In this document: positions 35,475 through 44,616 of the stretch, piece after piece
Numbering within the stretch: position 1 is the first letter of the stretch
Layout: each line of letters opens with the position of its first letter
Assembly (NCBI GenBank): GCA_017992305.1
Contig: JAGOOX010000001.1
Coordinates: forward strand, 1-48,368
Length of the DNA: 48,368 nt
Direction: 5' to 3'
Source of the DNA: Minisyncoccota bacterium
GTDB taxonomy: Bacteria; Patescibacteriota; Minisyncoccia; Phycocordibacterales; UBA9973
Notes under the pieces: model-generated
What the model saw: the letters and a program-made list of their open reading frames with translations, nothing else
What the model was told of the DNA's origin: nothing
Databases searched by the model: none
Position numbers and translations under genes: made by a program

Positions 35475-35507
35475 TTTTTGTTTACCGCCAAAATCGTTGG
35501 CGGTTTG

Positions 35508-35589
35508 TGCCCCGGGCGAGACTCGAACTCGCACGGCCTACGGCCTGGGGATTTTAAGTCCCCTATGTCTACCATTCCATCACCAGGGC
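35508..35589 (-). tRNA. tRNA-Leu (anticodon TAA), long variable arm
   Basis: Acceptor GCCCTGG/CCGGGGC (one G.U), anticodon stem-loop GGGGA-CTTAAAA-TCCCC, variable arm GGCCGTAGGCC, T-arm GCGAGTTCGAGTCTCGC. Confidence 0.9.
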
Positions 35590-35625
35590 ATGTCGTATTA
35601 ATTTAAAACCGCCAATGCGGTCATG

Positions 35626-35697
35626 AGGTCTAGGGCGGAATCGGACCGCCGTATAAAGGTTTTGCAGACCTTTGCCTTACCACTTGGCGACTAGACC
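35626..35697 (-). tRNA. tRNA-Cys (anticodon GCA) with the non-canonical T-loop TCCGATT
   Basis: Acceptor GGTCTAG/CTAGACC, anticodon stem-loop AAGGT-CTGCAAA-ACCTT, T-arm GGCGG-TCCGATT-CCGCC. Confidence 0.85.
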
Positions 35698-35712
35698 GTC
35701 GTAGTACCTTTG

Positions 35713-35794
35713 TGCCCAGGAAAGGACTTGAACCTTCACGGATTACTCCACTAGTTCCTAAGACTAGCGCGGCTACCAATTACGCCACCTGGGC
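35713..35794 (-). tRNA. tRNA-Leu (anticodon TAG), long variable arm
   Basis: Acceptor GCCCAGG/CCTGGGC, anticodon stem-loop CTAGT-CTTAGGA-ACTAG, T-arm GAAGGTTCAAGTCCTTT. ORF 35712..35930 is an artefact over this gene. Confidence 0.9.
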
Positions 35795-35862
35795 TTATTT
35801 ATTTTTTAACCTACAAATAGCATTCTACACGAAAAAAATATTTTTTCAATACCTCGCGCGTG

Positions 35863-36195
35863 CTATTTATCAGCGTCGCGAAGTAGGCCATTTATGTGGC
35901 GAAAGTTTTTCTCGCCGTCGTCAATCATAACATCTAAATAGGGTATAGTGTGGGTTTTAATACGGCTTTGGCAAAACTCACGAATACCTGATAGGCTACG
36001 TTTTAAAAATCCAAAAGCGGCGTTCTCCTTGTCCTCGGGTATGCAAGTATAAAAAATCATAGCTTTGCGGCCCTTTTCATCCAATTGTACACGGGTAATT
36101 GTTATCATTGATGTTGTGCCACCTTCGCGCGCAACATATAAACCTGCGGCTTCGCGAATGGCTTCTTCTATTCTGTTGTGTTTTATGTTGTTCAT
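35863..36195 (-). CDS. rbfA: Ribosome-binding factor A
   Basis: 110-aa protein immediately downstream of infB (conserved infB-rbfA order). RbfA-like pattern R..R....I.E......VT.V..... Confidence 0.75.
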   Translation of the reverse strand: MNNIKHNRIEEAIREAAGLYVAREGGTTSMITITRVQLDEKGRKAMIFYTCIPEDKENAAFGFLKRSLSGIREFCQSRIKTHTIPYLDVMIDDGEKNFRHINGLLRDADK

Positions 36196-36204
36196 ATTTT
36201 TATG

Positions 36205-37722
36205 CTATTTACTAACTACCTTAAAAGCTTCTAAATGGTCTCCGTGTTCAATCACTACTTTTGATTCAACCGTTAGGCCACATTCATTACCTTCATTTAA
36301 TTCTTTAACCTTAATTTTTTGGCTTTGAATTTCAATAATTGTGCCAGTACCTAGCTCCTCACCAGCGCGAATAATTGCAACTTGGTTGTGTACGTTAATG
36401 TGTCCAGTATCAATACGGGCGCCAACAACTTGTTTGTCTTTCATGTTGCTGAAAAACTTTAATACTTTCATTGTGCCTAGTGTTTCGCGAATTTCTTGGC
36501 GGGGGCGTAGATTTTCAATGTATTCTTCTAGCCACTCGGTTAGTTTGTAGATAATGTCAAATATTTCAACACGAACACCTGCTTGTTCGTTAATGTCGCG
36601 GGCAATGTTATCGATTTTTACATTAAAGCCAATAATGACTGCGTCTTTGTCGCCAGTAGCTAGTTTTATGTCGCCTTCGCTAATGTTACCAACGCCGGCT
36701 GAAATGATTTTATAGCTAATACATTCTTTTTTAATTTTACCAATTTCACGCAAAATTGCCTCGTTTGTACCAGCAACGTCAGTTTTAATAATTATTGGTA
36801 TTATTTTGTCACCCTCTGCGCATACGTTTTCATCAAGCAGGCTTTTGCCTTGTTTGTATTCTGCACACAGCGCCTCGGCTTCTTTTTTAGTTTTAACGGT
36901 CTCAAATATTTCGCCAACTTTTGGCACCATATTAAAACCAGTCAATGTTATTGGTTGTGAAGGTCCAGCCGTGTCAATGCTTTTACCAAAATAATTTTCA
37001 AGCATGCGGGTACCTACAAAGCTTTGACCAGCAACAATAAATTCACCTTTTTTAACAACACCGTCTAGTATTACAAGGGTTGCCTTTGAGCCTGTTTTTG
37101 AATCAATGTGTGATTCTATAACTAAACCTGTGGCTCCATTTTTATAATCGCCCTTAAGTTCGTTCATGTCGGCAACTAATAATACTGTTTCTAGTAGGTC
37201 ATCAATACCTGTACCTTTGGTTGCCGAAATTGGCACAAATGGTATGTCGCCACCTAGACCCTCTAGGTAAACTTCGTATTCAAGTAGTTCATATTTAACT
37301 TTTTCAATATTTGCATTTGGTTTATCAATTTTATTGATTGCTACAACATATGGCATGTTGGTTTTTTTAATCAATTCAATAACTTCTTTGGTTTGGGCTT
37401 TAATACCGTCTTCGGCTGAAATAACTAGTATGGCAATATCAGCAACAGTTGCACCACGTGAACGCATACCGGTAAAAGCCTCGTGACCTGGTGTGTCAAG
37501 AAATGTAATGCGACGCATATTTTTCTCGCGGTCTGTATGTTCAACTTCATATGCTGAAAGATGCTGTGTTATACCACCAGCTTCGCGGTCTACAATGTTT
37601 GTTTTACGAATGTAATCAAGTAGGGTTGATTTGCCGTGGTCGACATGGCCCATGACAACAACGATTGGTGGGCGTGAGGCAACATTACTCTCTTTATTAG
37701 AAATGGTATTTTTAGCGTTCAT
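36205..37722 (-). CDS. infB: Translation initiation factor IF-2 (505 aa, lacks the long N-terminal region)
   Basis: G-domain VVVMGHVDHGKSTLLD, DTPGHEAF, NKID, plus C-terminal IF-2 domains. Confidence 0.95.
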   Translation of the reverse strand: MNAKNTISNKESNVASRPPIVVVMGHVDHGKSTLLDYIRKTNIVDREAGGITQHLSAYEVEHTDREKNMRRITFLDTPGHEAFTGMRSRGATVADIAILVISAEDGIKAQTKEVIELIKKTNMPYVVAINKIDKPNANIEKVKYELLEYEVYLEGLGGDIPFVPISATKGTGIDDLLETVLLVADMNELKGDYKNGATGLVIESHIDSKTGSKATLVILDGVVKKGEFIVAGQSFVGTRMLENYFGKSIDTAGPSQPITLTGFNMVPKVGEIFETVKTKKEAEALCAEYKQGKSLLDENVCAEGDKIIPIIIKTDVAGTNEAILREIGKIKKECISYKIISAGVGNISEGDIKLATGDKDAVIIGFNVKIDNIARDINEQAGVRVEIFDIIYKLTEWLEEYIENLRPRQEIRETLGTMKVLKFFSNMKDKQVVGARIDTGHINVHNQVAIIRAGEELGTGTIIEIQSQKIKVKELNEGNECGLTVESKVVIEHGDHLEAFKVVSK

Positions 37723-38170
37723 TGAGTAATTCTTTTTCTTCGTCTGATAATTCTTGTTCGGCTGACCAGTTAGTTATTGGTTTAGCAAAAATAGATGTTT
37801 TTTCGCGAGCATAAAGTGTTGACATAATAACACCATTGCCTTCTTCGTCGGTTATTTTTGTTGTAAAGCTTTGTGCGCCCGACATGTCACCCCAGGCATT
37901 GAATCTAATTGTTTTAGGTGTCTTTACTGATTTTTTAATACGGTTTTCGTGATTATCGATTGTCTCCTTGGTTTTATCAAGGCTTTCATAGATGTCTTCT
38001 ATGGCAACACGATAGGCAACTAGTATGTCGTCAATGTTTTGGGCTTTGCCTCCTTTTAAAAGCTTCTTTAGGCGGGTGTATAAAACTAAATGTAGAACCA
38101 GGGTAAAAACCGATACTATACCAATAGCTACGATTGCAATAATTTCAGCTTTAAGTGCGCCGCCCAACAT
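37712..38170 (-). CDS. DUF4446-like membrane-anchored protein
   Basis: N-terminal TM, then RFNAWGDMSGAQSFTTKITDEEGNGVIMSTLYAREKTSIFAKP, typical of DUF4446. Overlaps the infB start by 11 nt. Confidence 0.6.
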   Translation of the reverse strand: MLGGALKAEIIAIVAIGIVSVFTLVLHLVLYTRLKKLLKGGKAQNIDDILVAYRVAIEDIYESLDKTKETIDNHENRIKKSVKTPKTIRFNAWGDMSGAQSFTTKITDEEGNGVIMSTLYAREKTSIFAKPITNWSAEQELSDEEKELLNER

Positions 38171-38214
38171 AAATCGCAGTTTACCACAAAATCATTGTCT
38201 TTTCAATGGTTTTT

Positions 38215-38223
38215 TGCTTAAAT
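38215..38223 (+). promoter_or_regulatory. Extended -10 (TGcTTAAAT) 6 nt upstream of ATG 38230; leaderless geometry
   Basis: TG 38215-38216, TTAAAT 38218-38223. Confidence 0.45.
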
Positions 38224-38229
38224 CAATAG

Positions 38230-39474
38230 ATGTGGAATAATCTTGTGAATAAGTGGGGTTTTATGGCAAATAGGTATCGAAATCTATACCTAGACACAGC
38301 CTCGGCAACCGAAACTGACAAGTCGGTTGTTTTGGCCATGCACCATGCCGAAGGCCTGTTTGCCAATCCTTCAAGTTTGCATAAATTGGGTGTTTTGGCT
38401 CGTAATAAAATCGAATCTAGCCGCGCGACTGTCGCTAAATTTATAAGCGCACATACTGACGAAATTATTTTTACGGGTAGTGGTACCGAGGGTGACAACT
38501 TGGTAATTTTGGGTGTAATAAAATTTGCAAAATTAAAAGGTATTAAAATACCGCATGTAATTGTTTCAAGTATTGAACATTCGGCTGTGATTGGTTTGGT
38601 TGAAAAACTAGAATCACAAAACGAAATTAGCGCTAGTTACTTACCAGTTGATGAAAACGGTGTAGTTGATTTAAAAGTTTTACCTGAATTGATTAATGAG
38701 AACACTGTTTTAATTTCAATACATTTGGTTAACAATGAATTGGGTACTATCGAGCCAGTTAGGGAGGTTGCAAAAATTATAAATAATTACAAAAAACAAA
38801 ATCAATTAACGTACCCACTGGTTCATACTGACGCTTGTCAGGCGAGTGCACTAATTAAAATTAACGTAAACCAATTAGGTGTCGATCTACTAACCATAAA
38901 TGGGCAAAAAATGTATGGGCCAAAAGGGGTGGGTGCATTGTTTGTAAAAAGATGCACACCTATCGAACCTGTTTTCGTTGGGGGCGATCAGGAATTTGGT
39001 TTTAGGCCCGGCACCGAATCATTACCACAAATTGTTGGTCTTGCTTGTGCTTGCGAGATTACGTCAAAACGCCAAGAAAGTGATTTTATAGCACTTACTT
39101 ATTTGCGAAACTATTTTGTAGCCCAGCTTGAAAAAATCCCTAACACAATCATTAACGCTAAAAACGTACCAGTGAGCCCCCATATTATAAATGTTGAGTT
39201 TGCTAATATTTCTAGCGAAACATTGATTTTATACCTAGATGCCCGAGGTATTTATGCTAGCAGTAAAAGTGCCTGCAAGATGGATGACCCCAATGAGTCA
39301 TACGTGCTAAAGGCCATAAAACATGCTAAAATAGATGAACAAGAGGGGAAAGTAGATGATTTTGGCAGCATTCGTTTTTCACTAGGTCGAGATACTAATA
39401 AAAATGACATTGACTATGTTATTAAAAATCTTAAAGAAATTCTAGATATTTTAAAATATGATTCCATCATTTAA
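38230..39474 (+). CDS. Cysteine desulfurase (class V aminotransferase, NifS/IscS-like)
   Basis: YLDTASAT, HTDACQA, PLP-lysine region NGQKMYGPKGVGALFV, active-site loop SSKSACK. Alternative start ATG 38263. Confidence 0.85.
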   Translation: MWNNLVNKWGFMANRYRNLYLDTASATETDKSVVLAMHHAEGLFANPSSLHKLGVLARNKIESSRATVAKFISAHTDEIIFTGSGTEGDNLVILGVIKFAKLKGIKIPHVIVSSIEHSAVIGLVEKLESQNEISASYLPVDENGVVDLKVLPELINENTVLISIHLVNNELGTIEPVREVAKIINNYKKQNQLTYPLVHTDACQASALIKINVNQLGVDLLTINGQKMYGPKGVGALFVKRCTPIEPVFVGGDQEFGFRPGTESLPQIVGLACACEITSKRQESDFIALTYLRNYFVAQLEKIPNTIINAKNVPVSPHIINVEFANISSETLILYLDARGIYASSKSACKMDDPNESYVLKAIKHAKIDEQEGKVDDFGSIRFSLGRDTNKNDIDYVIKNLKEILDILKYDSII

Positions 39475-42181
39475 TCAATTTACAACCAAAGCCAAAGAGG
39501 CTATCAAACGAGCTCATGAATTTGCAATTGAACGTGGTCAAAATCACGTCAACTCTTTGCACTTGCTAGCAGCACTTATATTCCAAGAAGAGGGAATTGT
39601 TTTTTCAATGCTTGAATCTATGAACATTGATGTATTACTACTATCTGACAATGTTGTTGATTCGCTAGAAGAACCGACCAATCAAAGTGTTTTGTCGCAA
39701 TCATACCAAATGTATTTGGCTCAAGATTTGGCAAGCATATTAGAAATCTCACCAAACATTGCTAAATCAACTAGTGACGAATTTGTTTCAACTGAACATT
39801 TGTTTTTAACTATGCTTGAAGTCGAATCACCAGCTTTGGAGTTATTAAAAAAGTTTGAAGTTGACCCAGCTAGTGTTCGTAAATTTATTGTTGAAAATAA
39901 AAATAATAAAAACCCAGGCGCTAGTGCTGAAAAGAAGAATCGTAATTTGTCAAAATATACTCGCAACCTAACCGACCTAGCACGCGCCGACAAACTTGAC
40001 CCAGTCATTGGGCGAGATACTGAAATAATGCGTGTTATGCAAATACTTTCACGCCGTACAAAAAATAATCCAATTTTAATTGGCGAACCAGGCACTGGTA
40101 AAACCGCTATTGTCGAGGGTTTGGCTGTTCGTATATCAAAAGGCGACGTGCCTGAATCACTAAAAGACAAAGAGGTTGTGTCATTAGATATTGGTCTATT
40201 GCTTGCAGGTACAAAATACCGTGGCGAATTTGAAGATCGTTTGCGTAACATAATCAAAGAAGTTGAAAAATCTGACGGTAAAATAGTTTTATTTATTGAT
40301 GAAGTGCACAGTATTGTTGGCGCAGGTAATACCGAAGGTGGTGTTGATATGGCCAATATGTTAAAACCAGCGCTTGCCCGTGGCGAATTAAAGGCAGTGG
40401 GCGCTACAACCCTAAAAGAGTATCAAAAATATATTGAACGTGACCCGGCACTTGCCCGACGTTTTCAGCCTGTTTATATTGACGAACCAAGTGTCGAAGA
40501 TTCAATTGCAATTTTACGAGGATTGAAAGATAAATATGAACTATTCCATGGCGTGCGTATAACTGACGATGCGATTGTGTCAGCAGTTGAATTATCATCA
40601 CGGTACATTACAAGTCGATTTTTGCCTGACAAGGCAGTTGATTTGATCGACGAGGCATCATCGACATTGAAAATGTCACTTGAAAATAAACCGGCCGTGC
40701 TAGAAGAAGCCGAGCGCAAAATTATGCGTTTAGAAATTGAACGTCAAGCGTTAAACAATGAACTATCACTTGAAAGTTTGACTCCAAAACAGATCAAAGA
40801 CATTAAATCTCGCATAAAAGAGGTTGAAATTAACATTGCCGATATTGGTGAGAAAACTAACGAAATTAGCGTGCGTTGGAAGAACGAAAAAAGCACTTTA
40901 GTTGATATGCGTGCGATGAAAAAAGAGCTTGAACAATTGCGTATCGAGGCCGAGAATGCCGAAATGCAAAGTGATCTAGGTTTAGCCGCCGAAATTCGTT
41001 ATGGCAAGATCCCAAATATTGAAAAAAATATAGAACAAAAGCTTGATAAACTACGCAAACTACAAAAATCTCGTCGCATTTTAAAAGAAGAGATTAATAC
41101 CGAAGACATTGCTAATGTCGTGTCTCGTTGGACAGGTATACCATTATCGCGCATGCTTGAAGAGGAGCGCGCAAAATTAATACGCATGGAGGCCGAGCTT
41201 GCAAAACGGGTCAAAGGCCAAAGTGAAGCAATTGAAAAAATTGCTAGCGTGATTCGTCGCAATCGTGCCGGTATTTCAGACCCAAACAAACCAATTGGTT
41301 CATTTATATTCTTGGGCCCAACCGGTGTTGGTAAAACCGAATTAACTAAAACATTGGCTGAATTTTTGTTTGACGATGAAAAGGCCCTAATACGTGTAGA
41401 TATGAGCGAATACATGGACAGACACAGTACCTCAAAATTAGTTGGTTCGCCACCTGGTTATGTTGGTTATGACGAGGCAGGGCAGTTGACCGAGGCCGTA
41501 CGCCATCGCCCATATTCAGTTGTATTGTTTGATGAGGTTGAAAAAGCTCACCCCGAGGTTTTTAATATGTTATTGCAAGTATTAGACGAAGGTATGTTGA
41601 CCGATTCAAAGGGCCGCAAGGTTAACTTTAAAAATACTGTTATTGTGTTGACCTCAAACATTGGTTCGCAACATATTCAAAAGATGGAAAGTTTAGGTTT
41701 TGGCAATAATGACCAATCACAGGTTTACACTCAAACCAAAGAGAAAGTATTGGAGTCATTAAAAGACCACTTTAGGCCTGAATTTTTAAATCGAATTGAT
41801 GAAACAATCGTGTTTGATATTTTAACACCTGAAATTGTTCGTGAAATTGTCGATGTTCGTATTGCCGAAATTCGCGAACGTTTGGGTATAAAAGGTATTA
41901 ACTTAATTGTTAGCGGTAATGCGATTGATTTGATGGCTAAAATTGGTTACGACCCAGCATATGGCGCGCGCCCATTAAACCGATTAATACAAACTAAAAT
42001 ATTAAACCCAGTCGCTAATCACATAATTGCCGATGGTGTAACTGCGGGTGAGAGCGTGCTAGTTGATGCCCTAAATGACGAACTAATAGTTGAAACTAAA
42101 AAGAAAAACAAAAAAACTGTTTCAAATATTATGAACGAAACCGGTGTTAAAAAACCTAAAAATTCAAAAAGCAAGAAATAA
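39458..42181 (+). CDS. clpB: AAA+ disaggregase ClpB
   Basis: Clp N-domain, two Walker A sites ([16 protein letters not shown]), long middle coiled coil, [10 protein letters not shown]. Overlaps the upstream gene by 17 nt. Confidence 0.95.
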   Translation: MIPSFNQFTTKAKEAIKRAHEFAIERGQNHVNSLHLLAALIFQEEGIVFSMLESMNIDVLLLSDNVVDSLEEPTNQSVLSQSYQMYLAQDLASILEISPNIAKSTSDEFVSTEHLFLTMLEVESPALELLKKFEVDPASVRKFIVENKNNKNPGASAEKKNRNLSKYTRNLTDLARADKLDPVIGRDTEIMRVMQILSRRTKNNPILIGEPGTGKTAIVEGLAVRISKGDVPESLKDKEVVSLDIGLLLAGTKYRGEFEDRLRNIIKEVEKSDGKIVLFIDEVHSIVGAGNTEGGVDMANMLKPALARGELKAVGATTLKEYQKYIERDPALARRFQPVYIDEPSVEDSIAILRGLKDKYELFHGVRITDDAIVSAVELSSRYITSRFLPDKAVDLIDEASSTLKMSLENKPAVLEEAERKIMRLEIERQALNNELSLESLTPKQIKDIKSRIKEVEINIADIGEKTNEISVRWKNEKSTLVDMRAMKKELEQLRIEAENAEMQSDLGLAAEIRYGKIPNIEKNIEQKLDKLRKLQKSRRILKEEINTEDIANVVSRWTGIPLSRMLEEERAKLIRMEAELAKRVKGQSEAIEKIASVIRRNRAGISDPNKPIGSFIFLGPTGVGKTELTKTLAEFLFDDEKALIRVDMSEYMDRHSTSKLVGSPPGYVGYDEAGQLTEAVRHRPYSVVLFDEVEKAHPEVFNMLLQVLDEGMLTDSKGRKVNFKNTVIVLTSNIGSQHIQKMESLGFGNNDQSQVYTQTKEKVLESLKDHFRPEFLNRIDETIVFDILTPEIVREIVDVRIAEIRERLGIKGINLIVSGNAIDLMAKIGYDPAYGARPLNRLIQTKILNPVANHIIADGVTAGESVLVDALNDELIVETKKKNKKTVSNIMNETGVKKPKNSKSKK

Positions 42182-42228
42182 TTATAAAAGCCCACATAAA
42201 TTGTGGGCTTTTATACATGCACGGCCGC

Positions 42229-42474
42229 CTACATGTATGTTTTTACTTTCTCAAGCATCAGCGTATATGTTTCTTTACCTAGTACGCTTTTGCTACCTTC
42301 AATAAGTTTTTCGGAACTTCTTAAATGAGCTCGGCCGGTACTTGAAACCTTGCCTTCAAAATGTGACATTAGCTGATTAACTTTTTCGCGGCTGCTTGCT
42401 TTTGCTGATTCAATGATTTTTTGGATGATCTCGGTTAGAGTCATTTGTTCGGGGGTTGTTGTTTTTTGTGCCAT
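42229..42474 (-). CDS. Hypothetical small protein (81 aa)
   Basis: ORF convergent with clpB, sharing the bidirectional terminator at 42187-42215. Confidence 0.45.
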   Translation of the reverse strand: MAQKTTTPEQMTLTEIIQKIIESAKASSREKVNQLMSHFEGKVSSTGRAHLRSSEKLIEGSKSVLGKETYTLMLEKVKTYM

Positions 42475-42532
42475 ACTTATTACTATTTAAATATAGATTA
42501 CGCCTGTCATATGTCCTTGTCAAATAAGGGCA

Positions 42533-42561
42533 TTGAAAGACATGGGCTTTTGTGCTATACT
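42533..42561 (+). promoter_or_regulatory. Promoter TTGAAA-17 nt-TATACT (TGc extended) for tRNA-Tyr
   Basis: TTGAAA 42533-42538, TATACT 42556-42561. Confidence 0.6.
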
Positions 42562-42589
42562 GTTTTTCTATATATAAATAGAAATGTAT

Positions 42590-42672
42590 GCGTCGATGGC
42601 GGAGTGGTCAATCGCATTTGACTGTAAATCAAACGACTTATGTCTACGCAGGTTCGAATCCTGCTCGGCGCA
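42590..42672 (+). tRNA. tRNA-Tyr (anticodon GTA), long variable arm
   Basis: Acceptor GCGTCGA/TCGGCGC, anticodon stem-loop TTGA-CTGTAAA-TCAA, T-arm GCAGGTTCGAATCCTGC. Confidence 0.9.
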
Positions 42673-42953
42673 CAAATAATAAAAACCGAAGGCAACGGCC
42701 TAAGGTTTTTATTTTATGTGGCAGAGAGGTTCGAACCGTAGGCGCACATTTTATAATGCGCGTTTCGACCGTAGGAAGAGGCGAATCCTGCTCGGCGCAC
42801 AAATGATAAAAACCTAGGTTATAACGGCCTAAGGTTTTTATTTTTTGTGGCAGAGAGGTTCGAACCGCAGGCGCCAATTTTTAAGAAATAAAAACTGTGC
42901 GTCTCGACTGAAAGGAGAGGCGAATCCTGCTCGGCGCACAAATGATAAAAACC
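42655..42953 (+). repeat. Three direct copies of the tRNA-Tyr 3' end plus flank (33 nt), within a ~127/139-nt tandem repeat
   Basis: cgaatcctgctcggcgcacaaat(a/g)ataaaaacc at 42655-42687, 42782-42814 and 42921-42953. aacggcctaaggtttttatttt.tgtggcagagaggttcgaaccg is also duplicated (about 42694-42738 and 42823-42867). Confidence 0.85.
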
Positions 42954-42974
42954 CTTTTAAAGCAAAGGGTTTTT
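42947..42974 (+). terminator. Rho-independent terminator after the third repeat copy
   Basis: AAAAACCCTTT-taaagc-AAAGGGTTTTT. Confidence 0.75.
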
Positions 42975-42978
42975 ATCA

Positions 42979-43007
42979 TTGACAAATAATCTTTTATCTG
43001 CTATAAT
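42979..43007 (+). promoter_or_regulatory. Promoter TTGACA-17 nt-TATAAT (TGc extended)
   Basis: TTGACA 42979-42984, TATAAT 43002-43007. Confidence 0.65.
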
Positions 43008-43027
43008 ATACAAGACTGATCAGCACC

Positions 43028-43495
43028 ATGAAAAAAGAAAAATATAGAAAAATAATCGTAGCACTTTTAATGTGCTTTGTTGCTAATATTGCTTTAGCAC
43101 AGAACAATGTTGGAATTATTCGTTTCCCAAAAAACACCAAAATAACAACAACGGGTCATTTTGTGACCGTGTGTACAGATTCACTAATAAAAATTAAAGG
43201 TTATTGTGTTAGGCAAGAAAAAGCGGTTTACACTAATGCAAAAACACAAAACAACTCTAATGGTCCCTCAACAAGAGGCTTTACAATATATCATTTGCCA
43301 GGCGAGGACACTCTCAATTACCGTGACTATATATATTTTGATAACATTTACATAATGTATCAAGGGGAAAAAAGTATATTGGTCATGCCGTTTTTATCTA
43401 ATTTCGAACAATTAGATTTAGGTCTGATTAAAATATATGAGACATACCTAGCAATAGTTCGAGACTCTAACCAAAACATTTACCAAGCAGAATAA
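43028..43495 (+). CDS. Secreted hypothetical protein (signal peptide ...IALA-QNN)
   Basis: MKKEKYRKIIVALLMCFVANIALAQ signal. No recognisable domain. Confidence 0.55.
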   Translation: MKKEKYRKIIVALLMCFVANIALAQNNVGIIRFPKNTKITTTGHFVTVCTDSLIKIKGYCVRQEKAVYTNAKTQNNSNGPSTRGFTIYHLPGEDTLNYRDYIYFDNIYIMYQGEKSILVMPFLSNFEQLDLGLIKIYETYLAIVRDSNQNIYQAE

Positions 43496-43539
43496 TTTTC
43501 TGTAAACGATACTAAAAGGCATGCTCCAAAAGCATGCCT

Positions 43540-44181
43540 TTATTTTTTTACAAAAACATTAATACGTCTTTCGCCCCACAATTTGTATTTATTTTTATTT
43601 AAAAATAGCTCTAGTTTATGCAAATTTTTCTTGGGCAACATTACATCTTTGAAGTCATCGATCGATTCAAACTTCCATTCGGTTTCGCCCCAAAATTCGC
43701 TAATCATTTTCATTTTTGATTCGTTCATTATTGTTTCGTAGGCTTTGGCTTTTTGTTTAGTTTCATCGCCATCGAAACAATCAAAGTTTATTTCGGCTTC
43801 GTACAAGGTGCCATTTGTGCCTGGTTCAATTACTACAATCGTGCCCCTGTTTTTTAAAACTCGGCATGCCTCGGTCAGTGCCTTTTTACCGCTATTAATG
43901 TGGTGCATTGATAATGTAAAAATAACAATGTCAAAAGTTTTTTCGCTAAATGGCAAACTTTCAGCCTGGGCTACGGTATAGTTTATGTCGTCATCGTAAT
44001 TGTTTTCCTTGGCATAGGCAATACTTTGTTTGTCGGGGTCAATTGCCTCGATTTTAACACCGCGAATATGCCCAAATTGCTGGGTTCTAAATCCATTACC
44101 ACAGCCAATTTCAAGCACGTATTGGCCCTTTAGTTCGACTTTTTTAAATAGGTTTTTCATGAAGTGGTCTTTGACAATCAT
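43540..44181 (-). CDS. Class I SAM-dependent methyltransferase
   Basis: Motif I VLEIGCGNGFRT; post-I AIDPD; FDIVIFTLSMHH; GTIVVIEP. Confidence 0.8.
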   Translation of the reverse strand: MIVKDHFMKNLFKKVELKGQYVLEIGCGNGFRTQQFGHIRGVKIEAIDPDKQSIAYAKENNYDDDINYTVAQAESLPFSEKTFDIVIFTLSMHHINSGKKALTEACRVLKNRGTIVVIEPGTNGTLYEAEINFDCFDGDETKQKAKAYETIMNESKMKMISEFWGETEWKFESIDDFKDVMLPKKNLHKLELFLNKNKYKLWGERRINVFVKK

Positions 44182-44278
44182 TTGGTTATTCTAGCACAAA
44201 AGGGCTTTTTTGGCTTGGTAAATTGGTCCACAGCGGGTCGCTTGTTTATTTTACGATTTATGCTAGAATGGACGGATT

Positions 44279-44440
44279 ATGGCATGGTATAAAGACAAGC
44301 TTGTAAAGCTAATAAACAAAGACACCAAAGAGGTGATTTTTACGCGTAAAAACAAAAAGCAAGTTCAACGCAAATTAGAGATGAAAAAGTTCTCAAAGAA
44401 ATTGCAAAAACGTGTTGTTTTCAAAGAGGCTAAAAAGTAA
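44279..44440 (+). CDS. rpmG: 50S ribosomal protein L33
   Basis: 53 aa: MAWYKDKLVKLINKDTKEVIFTRKNKKQVQRKLEMKKFSKKLQKRVVFKEAKK matches the L33 C-terminal consensus (...K.L.L.KF.P....H..FKE.K). Missing from the ORF track (<60 aa). Terminator at 44460-44497. Confidence 0.8.
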   Translation: MAWYKDKLVKLINKDTKEVIFTRKNKKQVQRKLEMKKFSKKLQKRVVFKEAKK

Positions 44441-44539
44441 AATATCACAAAAAAACAAAAAAATCTCAAATAATTTGAGATTTTTTTGTTTTAAAATAGC
44501 TTAACTTTTATTAAAAAATCTGTTAGAATGCGTGGGCAT

Positions 44540-44610
44540 GGGTCTATAGTTCAGTGGTAGAATTCTCGTCTCCAAAACGAGCGACCGAAGTTCGAATCTT
44601 CGTGGGCCCG
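44540..44610 (+). tRNA. tRNA-Trp (anticodon CCA)
   Basis: Acceptor GGGTCTA/TGGGCCC (two G.U), anticodon stem-loop CTCGT-CTCCAAA-ACGAG, T-arm CGAAGTTCGAATCTTCG. Confidence 0.85.
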
Positions 44611-44616
44611 CAAATT

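Noticed and set aside
35712-35930. 72-aa plus-strand ORF
   Set aside because: It overlaps tRNA-Leu(TAG) in antisense and the 3' end of rbfA. It is an artefact.
42588-42877. ORFs 42588..42806 (+) and 42644..42877 (-)
   Set aside because: They run through tRNA-Tyr and its repeated 3'-end copies, so their apparent length comes from the repeats. No start context.
42655-42953. Possible CRISPR array
   Set aside because: Only three repeats. The repeat is the tRNA-Tyr 3' end, the spacings (127 and 139 nt) are far too long, the 'spacers' are partly homologous to each other, and no cas genes are present.
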